Part shown: in pieces, positions 45,799 to 54,977 of the stretch
Layout of the letters: the number at the start of each line of letters is the position of its first letter
Numbering within the stretch: the first letter of the stretch is position 1
NCBI GenBank assembly: GCA_018696595.1
Contig: JABHQW010000008.1
Span: 320,001 to 384,000, forward strand
Origin: Candidatus Woesearchaeota archaeon
Lineage (GTDB): Archaea; Nanobdellota; Nanobdellia; Woesearchaeales; GW2011-AR9
DNA: 64,000 nucleotides
Direction: 5' to 3'
Notes under the pieces: generated by a model
Seen by the model: the letters and a program-made list of their open reading frames with translations, nothing else
Database searches by the model: none
What the model was told of the DNA's origin: nothing
Made by a program: the position numbers and the translations under genes

Positions 45799-46974
45799 AT
45801 GTTAAAAAAAAGAGGTTCAGAAGAGAAAGGATTCTTTGCTAATCATAAACTAGCGATTGCTTCAACTACATTAATCGGAACAATCATTGGGGCCGGGATT
45901 TTAGGAATCCCTTACGTTATTGCTAAAACAGGATTTGTTTATGGCTTACTTTTAATTATTCTTTTAGGCGGGGCTTATGTTTTTCTTAATCTTTTTCTGG
46001 GCGAAGTTATTCTGAGAACTAAGAAACAACATCAACTTCCGGGGTATGCGGAAAAGTATTTGGGTAAATGGGGCAAACGACTAATGACTTTGTCAATGTT
46101 TATAGGTCTTTATGGTGCATTAACTGCTTACTTAATTGGAGAAGGTGCAGCATTACATACCATTTTTGGTTGGGGTGTTCCGTTAATGTACACTTTCATC
46201 TTTTTTGCAATAACTGTTTACATTATTTATCGGGGAATAAAAGCAACTGGTAAGGCAGAACTTATTTTGATCTCTTTACTCTTTCTAGTTGTTGTTTTCA
46301 TCGGTCTATTATCCTATAATCAGATTCAGTTTTCTAACTTGGTTCATTTTGATCTCACAAAAATACTTGTGCCTTACGGTGTAATAGTTTTTGCTTTTGT
46401 TGGCTTACCCTCAATTCCAGAAATGCAAGAGGAATTGGGTAGAGAAAAGAAAAAGATGAAAAAAGCAATTCTTGTGGGTTCAGTAATTCCAATTGTTCTT
46501 TACATTGCTTTTTCCTTAATCATTATTGGGATTGTTGGTTTGGAAAACTTTGAACTTTTAGGTCCTAATGAAAGAATTGCGACAATCGCTTTAAGTTTAT
46601 ACTCTAACCAAATCTTGGGGATATTCGCCAATTTGCTAGCAGTTTTAGCGATGTTCACTTCATTCTTAACAATAGGAACTGCCTTAGTTGAGATTTTTGA
46701 GTATGATTATGGTGTTTCTAGAAGGACCTCTTTATTGTTAACTTTTTCATTGCCTCTTCTAATTGTTTTGTTTAAACTCACCTCATTCATCGTTGTTTTA
46801 GGGATTACTGGTGCAATAGCGGGGGGTTTAGATGGTATTTTAGTGATGTTAATGTATTGGAAAGCCAAGAAACTTGGTGATAGAAAACCAGAATATACAA
46901 TGGGGAAACATTACATTTTGGGTGTCTTTTTGATTCTGATGTTTGTTGTTGGGATCGCTTATCAATTTTTCTAA
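45799..46974 (+). CDS. Aromatic amino acid permease family (HAAAP, Mtr/TyrP-like)
   Basis: GTIIGAGILGIPY, LGE..LRT, LGKWG, AMFTSFL; about 11 TM. Confidence 0.85.
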   Translation: MLKKRGSEEKGFFANHKLAIASTTLIGTIIGAGILGIPYVIAKTGFVYGLLLIILLGGAYVFLNLFLGEVILRTKKQHQLPGYAEKYLGKWGKRLMTLSMFIGLYGALTAYLIGEGAALHTIFGWGVPLMYTFIFFAITVYIIYRGIKATGKAELILISLLFLVVVFIGLLSYNQIQFSNLVHFDLTKILVPYGVIVFAFVGLPSIPEMQEELGREKKKMKKAILVGSVIPIVLYIAFSLIIIGIVGLENFELLGPNERIATIALSLYSNQILGIFANLLAVLAMFTSFLTIGTALVEIFEYDYGVSRRTSLLLTFSLPLLIVLFKLTSFIVVLGITGAIAGGLDGILVMLMYWKAKKLGDRKPEYTMGKHYILGVFLILMFVVGIAYQFF

Positions 46975-47019
46975 AACTTTTCTTTTTGGGTCGTTACTAC
47001 TTAAAGTTAGCAATAGTTA

Positions 47020-47060
47020 CGAAACTTTTATATATTGGGTGTTACTTTTGAGTAGAAAAT
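47020..47060 (+). promoter_or_regulatory. BRE-TATA promoter with downstream AGTAGAAAAT, shared with 30843-30883
   Basis: cgaaacttttatatattgggtgttacttttgagtagaaaat. Confidence 0.55.
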
Positions 47061-47095
47061 AGTCAAAAATCTTATTTTTATGGGGGAAATTTAAA

Positions 47096-48850
47096 ATGAA
47101 TATTAGAAAAATTGGAAGAAATGTTCTTAATGTTAGTAAATATACTGTTGCTGGTGCTACTTTGGGTGCTGGTTTATTTTTTGGTGGTCAAGCTTTAGCT
47201 GAAGAACCAAAAGATGTTGTTGAGCAACCTGACGCTTATGTAGAAGTTCAATCTGAAGTTCAGCCTGAACAAAGAGATCTTTATGATACTCAAACAGCTG
47301 AAGTTGCTGCGCCTCTTGAAGTTACTGTAACTCCTGAAGTTACTAATTATGAAACTCAATCAGCTCCTGAAGTCGTTGCACCTCTTGATGTTCAAACACC
47401 TGATGTTGCTACACCTCTTGAAGTTGCTGTAACTCCTGATACTCCTTCTCCGAGTTTCTCTTGGGGTGATTTGCTGAACGTGAATGGGCAAACTGTTATG
47501 CAAACTCCAACTGTAGAGCCTGTTGCAGAAACTAATCCCGTAGATTACAAGGGAACAACTCCTGCGGTTGCAGATCCGGATGTAGCAATTGTTAATCCTG
47601 CAGAACCCGTTCTAGAACCACAATCTCCTATTCCTGTTAATGAGGATGGAACTGCTTACAAGCTTGGACAAAAACCTGTTGTCGCTGATACTGTTGCAGG
47701 ACCTAATGCTGTTGATTACAAAGGAACAACTCCCGTAGTTGAACCAGCTGTTGCAGATAATCCTGTAGCTCCTTTAGAAGAAAAAGTTGCTGAAGTTAAA
47801 ACAGAAACACCTTCTCATGCTGGGAAATTCTCAGTAAGTGGATGTGAAAAAGGACAAGAAGCTTATTTAGTTGCAACCGAAGACGGAAGTAACTTGAAAG
47901 CAGAATGTAAAACTCCTAAGAAGAAAGGGCCAAGATGTGTTGAACAGTATGAAGGAAATGGTCGATGCATTGAACCCGTTTTAGCAGAATCTCATAATGT
48001 GCTTACTCCTGCTGTAAAAGGATTATGTCCTGGAACAACTCTATGTTATGATAGTTCTGAAGTTGACAATCTTGGTGAACAAATTGCTTTAGTTGCAAGA
48101 GTTTCTGAAGATAATAGAACCTATATCCATCAATTGGATGAATCTGTTAGCCAAAATGGTCAAAATCTTAGTGAGTTAAGTGAAGTTGTTGATCAAAATG
48201 AACAAATTATTGATGAGTTAGATACTGCAGTTGATAAAAACTCTCGTGGTATTGGTTCTCTTGATAAAAAAGTTTCTGATCAATATAAAGTTAAATCTAC
48301 TGATAAAAATAATGTTGAAGTTAACTTAAATCTTAGAGGAACGGTTTCTGCCGGAATTGGTGCTGACTCAGACTCAATTGCTGTTTACATTGAACCTGAA
48401 TTAAGTGTTGGCGGAACTTTCGGAGAACATTTCGGATTATTTGGTTATGTTAACGGAAATATTCCTGCATATGACCCTTCAGAAACTGATAACCATGAAA
48501 ATGATTTAGGAATCATGACTGAAAATGTAGATACTGAAACAAACACTTCTCGAAGAGCTGGAGCTGGTTTAATGGCTAGGTTTCCTGTTGCTGATGGTGC
48601 TGTTACTCCTTATGCTAAAGTAGGAGCTGCTTTTATGCAAACTGAAGCAAGTAAAGATATTTCTCGTAATGGGGAAGAAATTGATGCCCTGTCTGACAAT
48701 TACAATGGCGTTGGTTTAGAAGGCGCATTAGGAATTGACTTTGACTTTGGTCAACCAGGCGGAATTGTTTTAGGTTTAGAAGGAAGAGCAAATTCCTTTG
48801 GTGGCGGATACGGCGCAGGATCTGGAATGTTAGGATACACTTTCAAATAG
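47096..48850 (+). CDS. Secreted protein: P/V/T-rich repeats, Cys domain, coiled-coil stalk, C-terminal OmpA/OmpX-like 8-strand beta-barrel
   Basis: Signal peptide ...GQALA^EE; barrel region 48311-48847 with RAGAGLMARF, VTPYAKVGAAF, GLEGALGIDF and terminal LGYTFK. Confidence 0.72.
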   Translation: MNIRKIGRNVLNVSKYTVAGATLGAGLFFGGQALAEEPKDVVEQPDAYVEVQSEVQPEQRDLYDTQTAEVAAPLEVTVTPEVTNYETQSAPEVVAPLDVQTPDVATPLEVAVTPDTPSPSFSWGDLLNVNGQTVMQTPTVEPVAETNPVDYKGTTPAVADPDVAIVNPAEPVLEPQSPIPVNEDGTAYKLGQKPVVADTVAGPNAVDYKGTTPVVEPAVADNPVAPLEEKVAEVKTETPSHAGKFSVSGCEKGQEAYLVATEDGSNLKAECKTPKKKGPRCVEQYEGNGRCIEPVLAESHNVLTPAVKGLCPGTTLCYDSSEVDNLGEQIALVARVSEDNRTYIHQLDESVSQNGQNLSELSEVVDQNEQIIDELDTAVDKNSRGIGSLDKKVSDQYKVKSTDKNNVEVNLNLRGTVSAGIGADSDSIAVYIEPELSVGGTFGEHFGLFGYVNGNIPAYDPSETDNHENDLGIMTENVDTETNTSRRAGAGLMARFPVADGAVTPYAKVGAAFMQTEASKDISRNGEEIDALSDNYNGVGLEGALGIDFDFGQPGGIVLGLEGRANSFGGGYGAGSGMLGYTFK

Positions 48851-48874
48851 AGTTTGATGTGAGGTAAACTTAAA

Positions 48875-51529
48875 ATGAAAAATACTTTTACTTTTTTTAC
48901 AATTTTCCTATTTGTACTATCTATTGTTCCATTAGCAGCAGCAGCAGATGTTTCTGTTCAAGCTGAATGGTCAGTTAATGGAGAAGCTGCAGGTAAAATA
49001 TTAAATGCTGAAACTGGAGAAGGAACTACTTTCGCAGTGATGGTTAATGCTTTAAATGATAATTTAAACGATTATAACTTCTTTGTTAAAGTTTACGATG
49101 GCAGTTATGATGAGATGGTTAATCCTGGTTGGGAAACTACAAACGTAGAATCTTTCCCTGGCGGAACAACTATGTATACTGTTAATTATAATGCTCCTTT
49201 AACCGAAGGAACTTACTTTATTGTTGCTTCAGCATACTATGCTCAAGAAAACGATGAAGGATTTGATACACTAACATTAATTGTTACAGAAGCTCCTTGT
49301 TTAGATACAGACGATGACGGCGTTTGTGATGAAGATGAAATCTTGGGATGTACAGACACAGATGCAAATAATTACAATCCAAATGCAACTGAAGAAGACG
49401 ACAGTTGTGAATACGATTGTTTAGATTCCGATGGCGATGGTGTTTGTGATGAAGATGAAATCTTAGGGTGTACTGATTCAGAAGCAGAGAATTTTAATCC
49501 AAATGCAACAGAAGAAGATAATAACTGTGAATATGCTTGTACAGATTCTGACAACGATGGTGTTTGTGATGAAGATGATCTTTGTCCAGATGAACCTGGG
49601 CTATTAGATAATAATGGTTGTCCTGAAGAAGTTATTAATGAAGCTCCCATTATTGAAGTTTTTGGAACTAACAAAATTAATGAAATGAGTTCATTAAACT
49701 TAATCGTTGAAATTGAAGATGAGGATATTGTTAACTTAGAAGTTAAGGTTGAAAAATGTGAGATTTATATTTTTGGGCTTTGCTTATTTGCAAGTTACAC
49801 AGATGCTCCTGAAAATTCAGAATTAACTTTTGTTTCTGAAAACAAATATGCTTTTACTTGGACTCCGGATTACCGTTTTGTAAAACATCCTGCAACAGAA
49901 AGATCTATTCGATTAGTTTTTATTGCCGATGACGGAGAAGCAAAAGATTATAATTTACATAAAGTAACTGTTAACGATGTTAATCAATTACCTGTTTTAA
50001 GTTCAGAAGGCGTAGAAGATGTTGATGAAGGAAAAAGCTTTGTTGCTACTTTTACTGCCATTGATGCTGATGAAGAAGACGTCTTGGACTTGGGGATTAT
50101 TTTAATGGGATATGAATTCATGGGTAATGATCTTCCTGATTGGATCTCTATGGAAAGTATTGCAAAGAATACAATTCAATTAACCGTAACTCCTGATTGT
50201 GATAGTGCTGGAGATTACTTCCTTAGATTTACTGCTAACGATGGACTATTCTTGGCGGAACTAATGGAACCATTTACTGTTACCGAAGCTTGTGATGCTC
50301 CAATTCTTGGATGTATGGATGAGTCTGCATTAAACTACAATCCTGAAGCAACCGAAGATGATGAAAGTTGTGAATATACTTGTAGTGATGTGGATAACGA
50401 CGGAGTTTGTGATGAAAATGATCTTTGTCCGCATGAAGTGGGTACTGAGAATAACAAAGGATGTCCTGAAGAACCTGTTGCTGATAATATGGTTCCTGTT
50501 CTAAGAGGATTAATGGATCAATCTGTTTATGCAGAAGAGAAATTAACATTTCAAATTCATGTGACTGATGACAATGATAAAAACATGGACTTAATTGTTG
50601 AAGGACTTCCAGAAGGAGCAGAAGTATTTGCTTCTAATCGGGTTGCACCTTTGCCTTTAAAAAACATCATGCAGAAATTATTTTTGAAAACAGAGTATAA
50701 ACACACTTTTATTTTCAAATGGGTTCCAACAGAAGCACAAGTTGGTGAATACTTAGTAGGATTTACTGCTGACGATGGTTTAGCTAAATCGGAACAAAAG
50801 ACAATCAAAATCACTGTATTAGAACAACCAGTTGAACCTTGTGTTGATACAGATTCTGATGGTATTTGCGACGAAGTTGATCTTTGTCCGTTAGATCCAG
50901 AAGATTTTGATGGTATTGAAGACGAAGATGGTTGTCCTGAAGATGATCCAGTTAACCATGCACCTTTAATCTTATCAAATCCAACTACTGTTGCAACCGA
51001 GAATCATGATTACACTTACCAATTTTTGGCGGAAGATCCAGACGGAGACGAGATAACTGTAACTTTAGTTGACGCTCCTGAAGGGATGACTATGTCTGAA
51101 GATTGGTTAGTTGAATGGATTCCTGAAGATTTAACTAATGGCAAAGTGGCTATTAGTGTAACTGACGGAGAGTTTGTGGTAACACAGAAGTTTACAATTG
51201 GCGTTGCTGAAGCTTACAAGAATGTTAAGCTAGCATCCGTACAATTGGCGGCTGAAGAAGTTGTTGCTGGTGGTTATTTGTCTACTCAAATCAAAGTAGA
51301 AAATAACGGCGAGAAAGATATGGGTGATTTAAAGATTAGTGTGATTGTTCCTGAGCTTGGATTGAAGAAGTCTGTGAGTGAGTTTGACTTGAAACCAGGG
51401 CAAAGTAAGAACAAGAACATTAATCTACAGTTACCTTATTACGCTTACTCTGGTGAGTATCTAGTTAAGGTAAGTGTTAGTAACAGCAATTTCCATGAAC
51501 AAACCTATAGGTTGGTAACAATCTATTAG
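48875..51529 (+). CDS. Large acidic surface protein with Ca-binding DxDxDG/GCTD repeats, cadherin/Ig-like domains and a C-terminal CARDB-like domain
   Basis: Signal peptide; CxDxDxDGVCDEDE.LGCTD..A.NYNP.ATEEDD.CEY repeats; NHAPLI.S.P, EDPDGDEIT, VENNGEKD. Confidence 0.8.
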   Translation: MKNTFTFFTIFLFVLSIVPLAAAADVSVQAEWSVNGEAAGKILNAETGEGTTFAVMVNALNDNLNDYNFFVKVYDGSYDEMVNPGWETTNVESFPGGTTMYTVNYNAPLTEGTYFIVASAYYAQENDEGFDTLTLIVTEAPCLDTDDDGVCDEDEILGCTDTDANNYNPNATEEDDSCEYDCLDSDGDGVCDEDEILGCTDSEAENFNPNATEEDNNCEYACTDSDNDGVCDEDDLCPDEPGLLDNNGCPEEVINEAPIIEVFGTNKINEMSSLNLIVEIEDEDIVNLEVKVEKCEIYIFGLCLFASYTDAPENSELTFVSENKYAFTWTPDYRFVKHPATERSIRLVFIADDGEAKDYNLHKVTVNDVNQLPVLSSEGVEDVDEGKSFVATFTAIDADEEDVLDLGIILMGYEFMGNDLPDWISMESIAKNTIQLTVTPDCDSAGDYFLRFTANDGLFLAELMEPFTVTEACDAPILGCMDESALNYNPEATEDDESCEYTCSDVDNDGVCDENDLCPHEVGTENNKGCPEEPVADNMVPVLRGLMDQSVYAEEKLTFQIHVTDDNDKNMDLIVEGLPEGAEVFASNRVAPLPLKNIMQKLFLKTEYKHTFIFKWVPTEAQVGEYLVGFTADDGLAKSEQKTIKITVLEQPVEPCVDTDSDGICDEVDLCPLDPEDFDGIEDEDGCPEDDPVNHAPLILSNPTTVATENHDYTYQFLAEDPDGDEITVTLVDAPEGMTMSEDWLVEWIPEDLTNGKVAISVTDGEFVVTQKFTIGVAEAYKNVKLASVQLAAEEVVAGGYLSTQIKVENNGEKDMGDLKISVIVPELGLKKSVSEFDLKPGQSKNKNINLQLPYYAYSGEYLVKVSVSNSNFHEQTYRLVTIY
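49298..49630 (+). repeat. 120-nt coding tandem repeat (40-aa GCTD/TSP3-like module)
   Basis: Unit starts at 49298, 49418 and 49538 (third copy diverges); dispersed copies near 50310-50465 and 50839. Confidence 0.85.
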
Positions 51530-51675
51530 GTATGACTATTGCGGGGTAGCTATTAAGTGTAGCTACTCAACAATACTAAACCAACGAAAACTTTATAAAC
51601 CAAAGCGGTTTTAAAGACTAAAACACAAAAAAATAACATTCATAAAAGGATAAATTTTTTTTGGAGGAAGAAAAA

Positions 51676-52926
51676 ATGAAAAAACTTTTAAGTATAATGG
51701 CTTTATTCGTAATTAGCTTATTGACTTTATCAATGGTTAGTGCATTAGATGCAAATGACCTAGTAATTAAGTCTATTGAAGTTAATGGCCACAATGTAGA
51801 AGATGGCGAAGTTCTTGCTGTTGAAGAAGGAGAAACTTTAGATGTTGAAGTTGGCTTATTAGCTAACGCTGGTGCAGAAAATATTGAAGTGGAAGTTGAA
51901 ATTTCAGGTTATGAATACAACGACCAAGAAGATATGGAAGCTACCGCACACATCGATAATATCCAAGCTGGAAATACAAAATATTTTGACTTGGAAGTAA
52001 CTTTGCCTAAGAAATTAGACAAGGATGAATACATGTTAAGAGTTCGTGTAATGGATAAGAATACTGCGGCAATTACCCACAATATTTTATTATCAATCGA
52101 ACCTACAAGACATGGAATCGATATTGCAGACGTTGCTTTATCCCCTGGAGAAACCCAAAAAGCTGGTAGATCTTTTTTAGCTACTGTTCTATTGGAAAAC
52201 TTCGGAGATAAAACTGAGAAAGACGTTAAAGTTGAAGTTGCAATTCCTGCATTAGGAGTTAAAGCTACTGAATACGTTGACGTTGTTGTAACCGATAACA
52301 ATAATGTAGATTATGAAGACGTTCCTGAAATGTTCTTACCTCTTCCTGCTACTGCAGAAGCTGGTGCTTACGACATGATCGTTACAGTTAAATACGATGA
52401 CTTAAGGGAAACTGTTAGCCAAACTTACAAAGTTAATGTTTTAGCTAACGAACTATTCCAAAAGTCTGACAAGTTAGTTTTAGCTGTTGGTCCGGAAAGT
52501 CAAACTGTTGCTGCTGGTAACACTGCTAGTTATGCTGTTGCATTAACAAACGCAGGATCAACTTCTAAAGCTTATGTTTTAGATGTAGTTACTGGTGACT
52601 GGGCTACCGCAACTGTTAGTGATGCTTTAGTTGTTTTAGAACCTGGAAAGAACAAAGTTGTTCAAGTAGATGTAACCGCTGCTAGTAATGCTGTTGAAGG
52701 TCAACACGTTGCAAGCGTTGCTATTATGTCTGGTGACGAAGTTCTTGAAACCATCGTTCTAAAAGCAAACGTAGCTGGCACCGCTAGTGAGAGTTTTAGC
52801 TTAAGAAACGGTTTGGAAATCGCTTTAATCGTCTTAGTTGTTCTATTAGTAATCATTGGTTTAATCATTGGTTTCAGTAGATTAAGAAAAGACGACGAAG
52901 ACGAAGAAGAACAAACTTACTACTAA
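51676..52926 (+). CDS. S-layer-like protein with tandem Ig/CARDB-type domains and a C-terminal TM anchor
   Basis: ggagg SD and ATG at 51676; signal peptide; LENFGDK.EKDV.V.V.IP.LG; TM followed by an acidic tail EEEQTYY. Confidence 0.72.
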   Translation: MKKLLSIMALFVISLLTLSMVSALDANDLVIKSIEVNGHNVEDGEVLAVEEGETLDVEVGLLANAGAENIEVEVEISGYEYNDQEDMEATAHIDNIQAGNTKYFDLEVTLPKKLDKDEYMLRVRVMDKNTAAITHNILLSIEPTRHGIDIADVALSPGETQKAGRSFLATVLLENFGDKTEKDVKVEVAIPALGVKATEYVDVVVTDNNNVDYEDVPEMFLPLPATAEAGAYDMIVTVKYDDLRETVSQTYKVNVLANELFQKSDKLVLAVGPESQTVAAGNTASYAVALTNAGSTSKAYVLDVVTGDWATATVSDALVVLEPGKNKVVQVDVTAASNAVEGQHVASVAIMSGDEVLETIVLKANVAGTASESFSLRNGLEIALIVLVVLLVIIGLIIGFSRLRKDDEDEEEQTYY

Positions 52927-53081
52927 GTAAGTGGGGACGTTTAATCTTCCTCCAATTTTTTATTTTTTTTCTCTTTTTTTGGGAGGGCTTTTATTTTTCT
53001 TATAATCTTTTTTCTATGTTTTTTTAATACTGTTTATTAGTTCTATAACCTTTTTAAACTCTAGATTTTGTTACTAGCTTA

Positions 53082-54185
53082 ATGGAAATAGCAATAATTG
53101 GGGCTGGTCCAATCGGCAGTTACGCTGGTTATTTACTAGCTAAGTCTGGACATAATGTTAATATTTATGAGCGGAAGAAAGAGATTGGTAAGCCCGTTCA
53201 ATGTACTGGCATATTTACTTCTGACTTTGATGGATTTTCTTTTCTAAACAAAAATAAATTTTTAGTTAATACTATTAATAAAACGGAAATCAATTTTCCT
53301 AATGGTAGCAAGATTGCTGTTAATCAGAAAGAATATGTGGTTTGCAGAACTAAGTTTGATAACCACTTAGCTAATCTGGCTGTTACTGAAGGAGCAAAAA
53401 TTTTCTTGCAACATTCATTTATTAGGAAAGAAGGTGAGAATCTAGTTGTTAAAGATCTTGCTAATGATTGTGAAAAAGAAATTAAACCAAACATAGTAAT
53501 CGCTGCAGATGGCCCCTTATCAAGCGTAGCAAAAGCTTATGGTTTCTATCATCATCAGAGACAACACAATTATGGTGTGCAGGCTTTAGTGGGGGGGAAC
53601 TTTGATTCTAATACAGTACAAACGTTCTTTGGTAAAGATATTGCTCCTGGTGTGTTTGTTTGGGTTGTTCCTGAGAGTTCAACCATGGCGAGAGTTGGTT
53701 TAGCTACAGAAAAAGATGCCCGTAAATACTTTGAGAAATTTGTTCAGAATAAAGATTATGAACTCTTAGAAATGCAGGCAGGTACAATTCCTATCTATCA
53801 TCCTTCACAAGAATTGGTTAAAGATAGCTGTTATTTGCTTGGAGATGCTGCTGGGTTCGTTAAAGCGACTACTCTTGGTGGTGTAATTCCTGGAATGAAA
53901 CAGGCGGAAGCTTTAGTTAGATGTTTAAATGATTCTGATTTGGATTATGAAGAAGAGCTTCAACCCATCATTAGTAGGCTCAAGTTACATCTGAAAATTA
54001 GAAAAGTTCATGATCGGTTTAGTGGAGAAGATTGGGAAAAGTTAGCTACTTATTCTAATAATCCTAAAGTTTTGAAATTATTGAACACTTATACACGGGA
54101 GAATGTAACTACGTTATTTAGAAAGATTATTTGGGCAGAGCCAAGAATGTTATATTTTAGTAAGTATTTAGGCGAATTTCTTTAA
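53082..54185 (+). CDS. Geranylgeranyl reductase family FAD oxidoreductase
   Basis: IIGAGPIGS, KPVQCTG, IAADG..S.VA, FVWVVP, GDAAG.VK.TT.GG. Confidence 0.87.
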   Translation: MEIAIIGAGPIGSYAGYLLAKSGHNVNIYERKKEIGKPVQCTGIFTSDFDGFSFLNKNKFLVNTINKTEINFPNGSKIAVNQKEYVVCRTKFDNHLANLAVTEGAKIFLQHSFIRKEGENLVVKDLANDCEKEIKPNIVIAADGPLSSVAKAYGFYHHQRQHNYGVQALVGGNFDSNTVQTFFGKDIAPGVFVWVVPESSTMARVGLATEKDARKYFEKFVQNKDYELLEMQAGTIPIYHPSQELVKDSCYLLGDAAGFVKATTLGGVIPGMKQAEALVRCLNDSDLDYEEELQPIISRLKLHLKIRKVHDRFSGEDWEKLATYSNNPKVLKLLNTYTRENVTTLFRKIIWAEPRMLYFSKYLGEFL

Positions 54186-54908
54186 CACTCTCAGATACTT
54201 TTTATTCAATCCACCTAAGCGGAAGATAATTATTTCATTTACGTTTGCTTCTCTAGCTAACTTCAAATCCATTTCTAATTGTTCTAATTTGATATTCGGT
54301 TCATTGCCGTGGATTCCTACTGAGATTGTTCCCAATGCTACAAGATAATTCTTTCCCAGTTCTCTAACTCCTGTTTCTAATTCTTTTCTTACATATTCTT
54401 CTTTGAAATTGTGCAAAGAATGATAGATCATTTTGATTACTTTTACTTTTTTACTTTTATAATGTAAACCCCAGAATCTTAATAACAACTGGCTTAATTT
54501 ACTTTCTGGATAATATTCTGCCAAATAAACTGGTTTGTTGTAATTGTGAATAAATTCCTTAATTAATGATTTGTTTCTAAAGAAATTTAGGAACTGGGTT
54601 ACATAAAGAAAAGGATTTTGTCTTGTTGGCAATTCTAGGTCTAGCATTATTGCTGTTTTTTTTGTCTCTTTAAAGATTCTCTTCAAAGCCGATCTTTTGC
54701 TGAAAGGAGAAATCCAATATCCTTCGCTTCTTTTTAAAATTGGCCAGTAAATAAATTCTTTGATGTGTCTGTTCTTAATGCTTTTTTTAATTTCATTAAA
54801 TTCCTTTAAAGAAGGGGCTGCTAGATATAATTTCGTTGGAAAATTGATTAATCTCAGTTTACTTAAGTTTTCTTTTGTGGGAAACTCTTCGAAAAAGCTT
54901 ATTTTCAT
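54168..54908 (-). CDS. Hypothetical protein (possible TIM-barrel pattern)
   Basis: 246-aa ORF; IMLDLELP and IIIFRLGG resemble beta-alpha repeats. Confidence 0.6.
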   Translation of the reverse strand: MKISFFEEFPTKENLSKLRLINFPTKLYLAAPSLKEFNEIKKSIKNRHIKEFIYWPILKRSEGYWISPFSKRSALKRIFKETKKTAIMLDLELPTRQNPFLYVTQFLNFFRNKSLIKEFIHNYNKPVYLAEYYPESKLSQLLLRFWGLHYKSKKVKVIKMIYHSLHNFKEEYVRKELETGVRELGKNYLVALGTISVGIHGNEPNIKLEQLEMDLKLAREANVNEIIIFRLGGLNKKYLRVLKKFA

Positions 54909-54977
54909 GGATGTTAGAATAATCTTGTTGTTAATATGTTTTTTGGAAATAAAAAAATTAAGAAAAAAAATAAAAAA

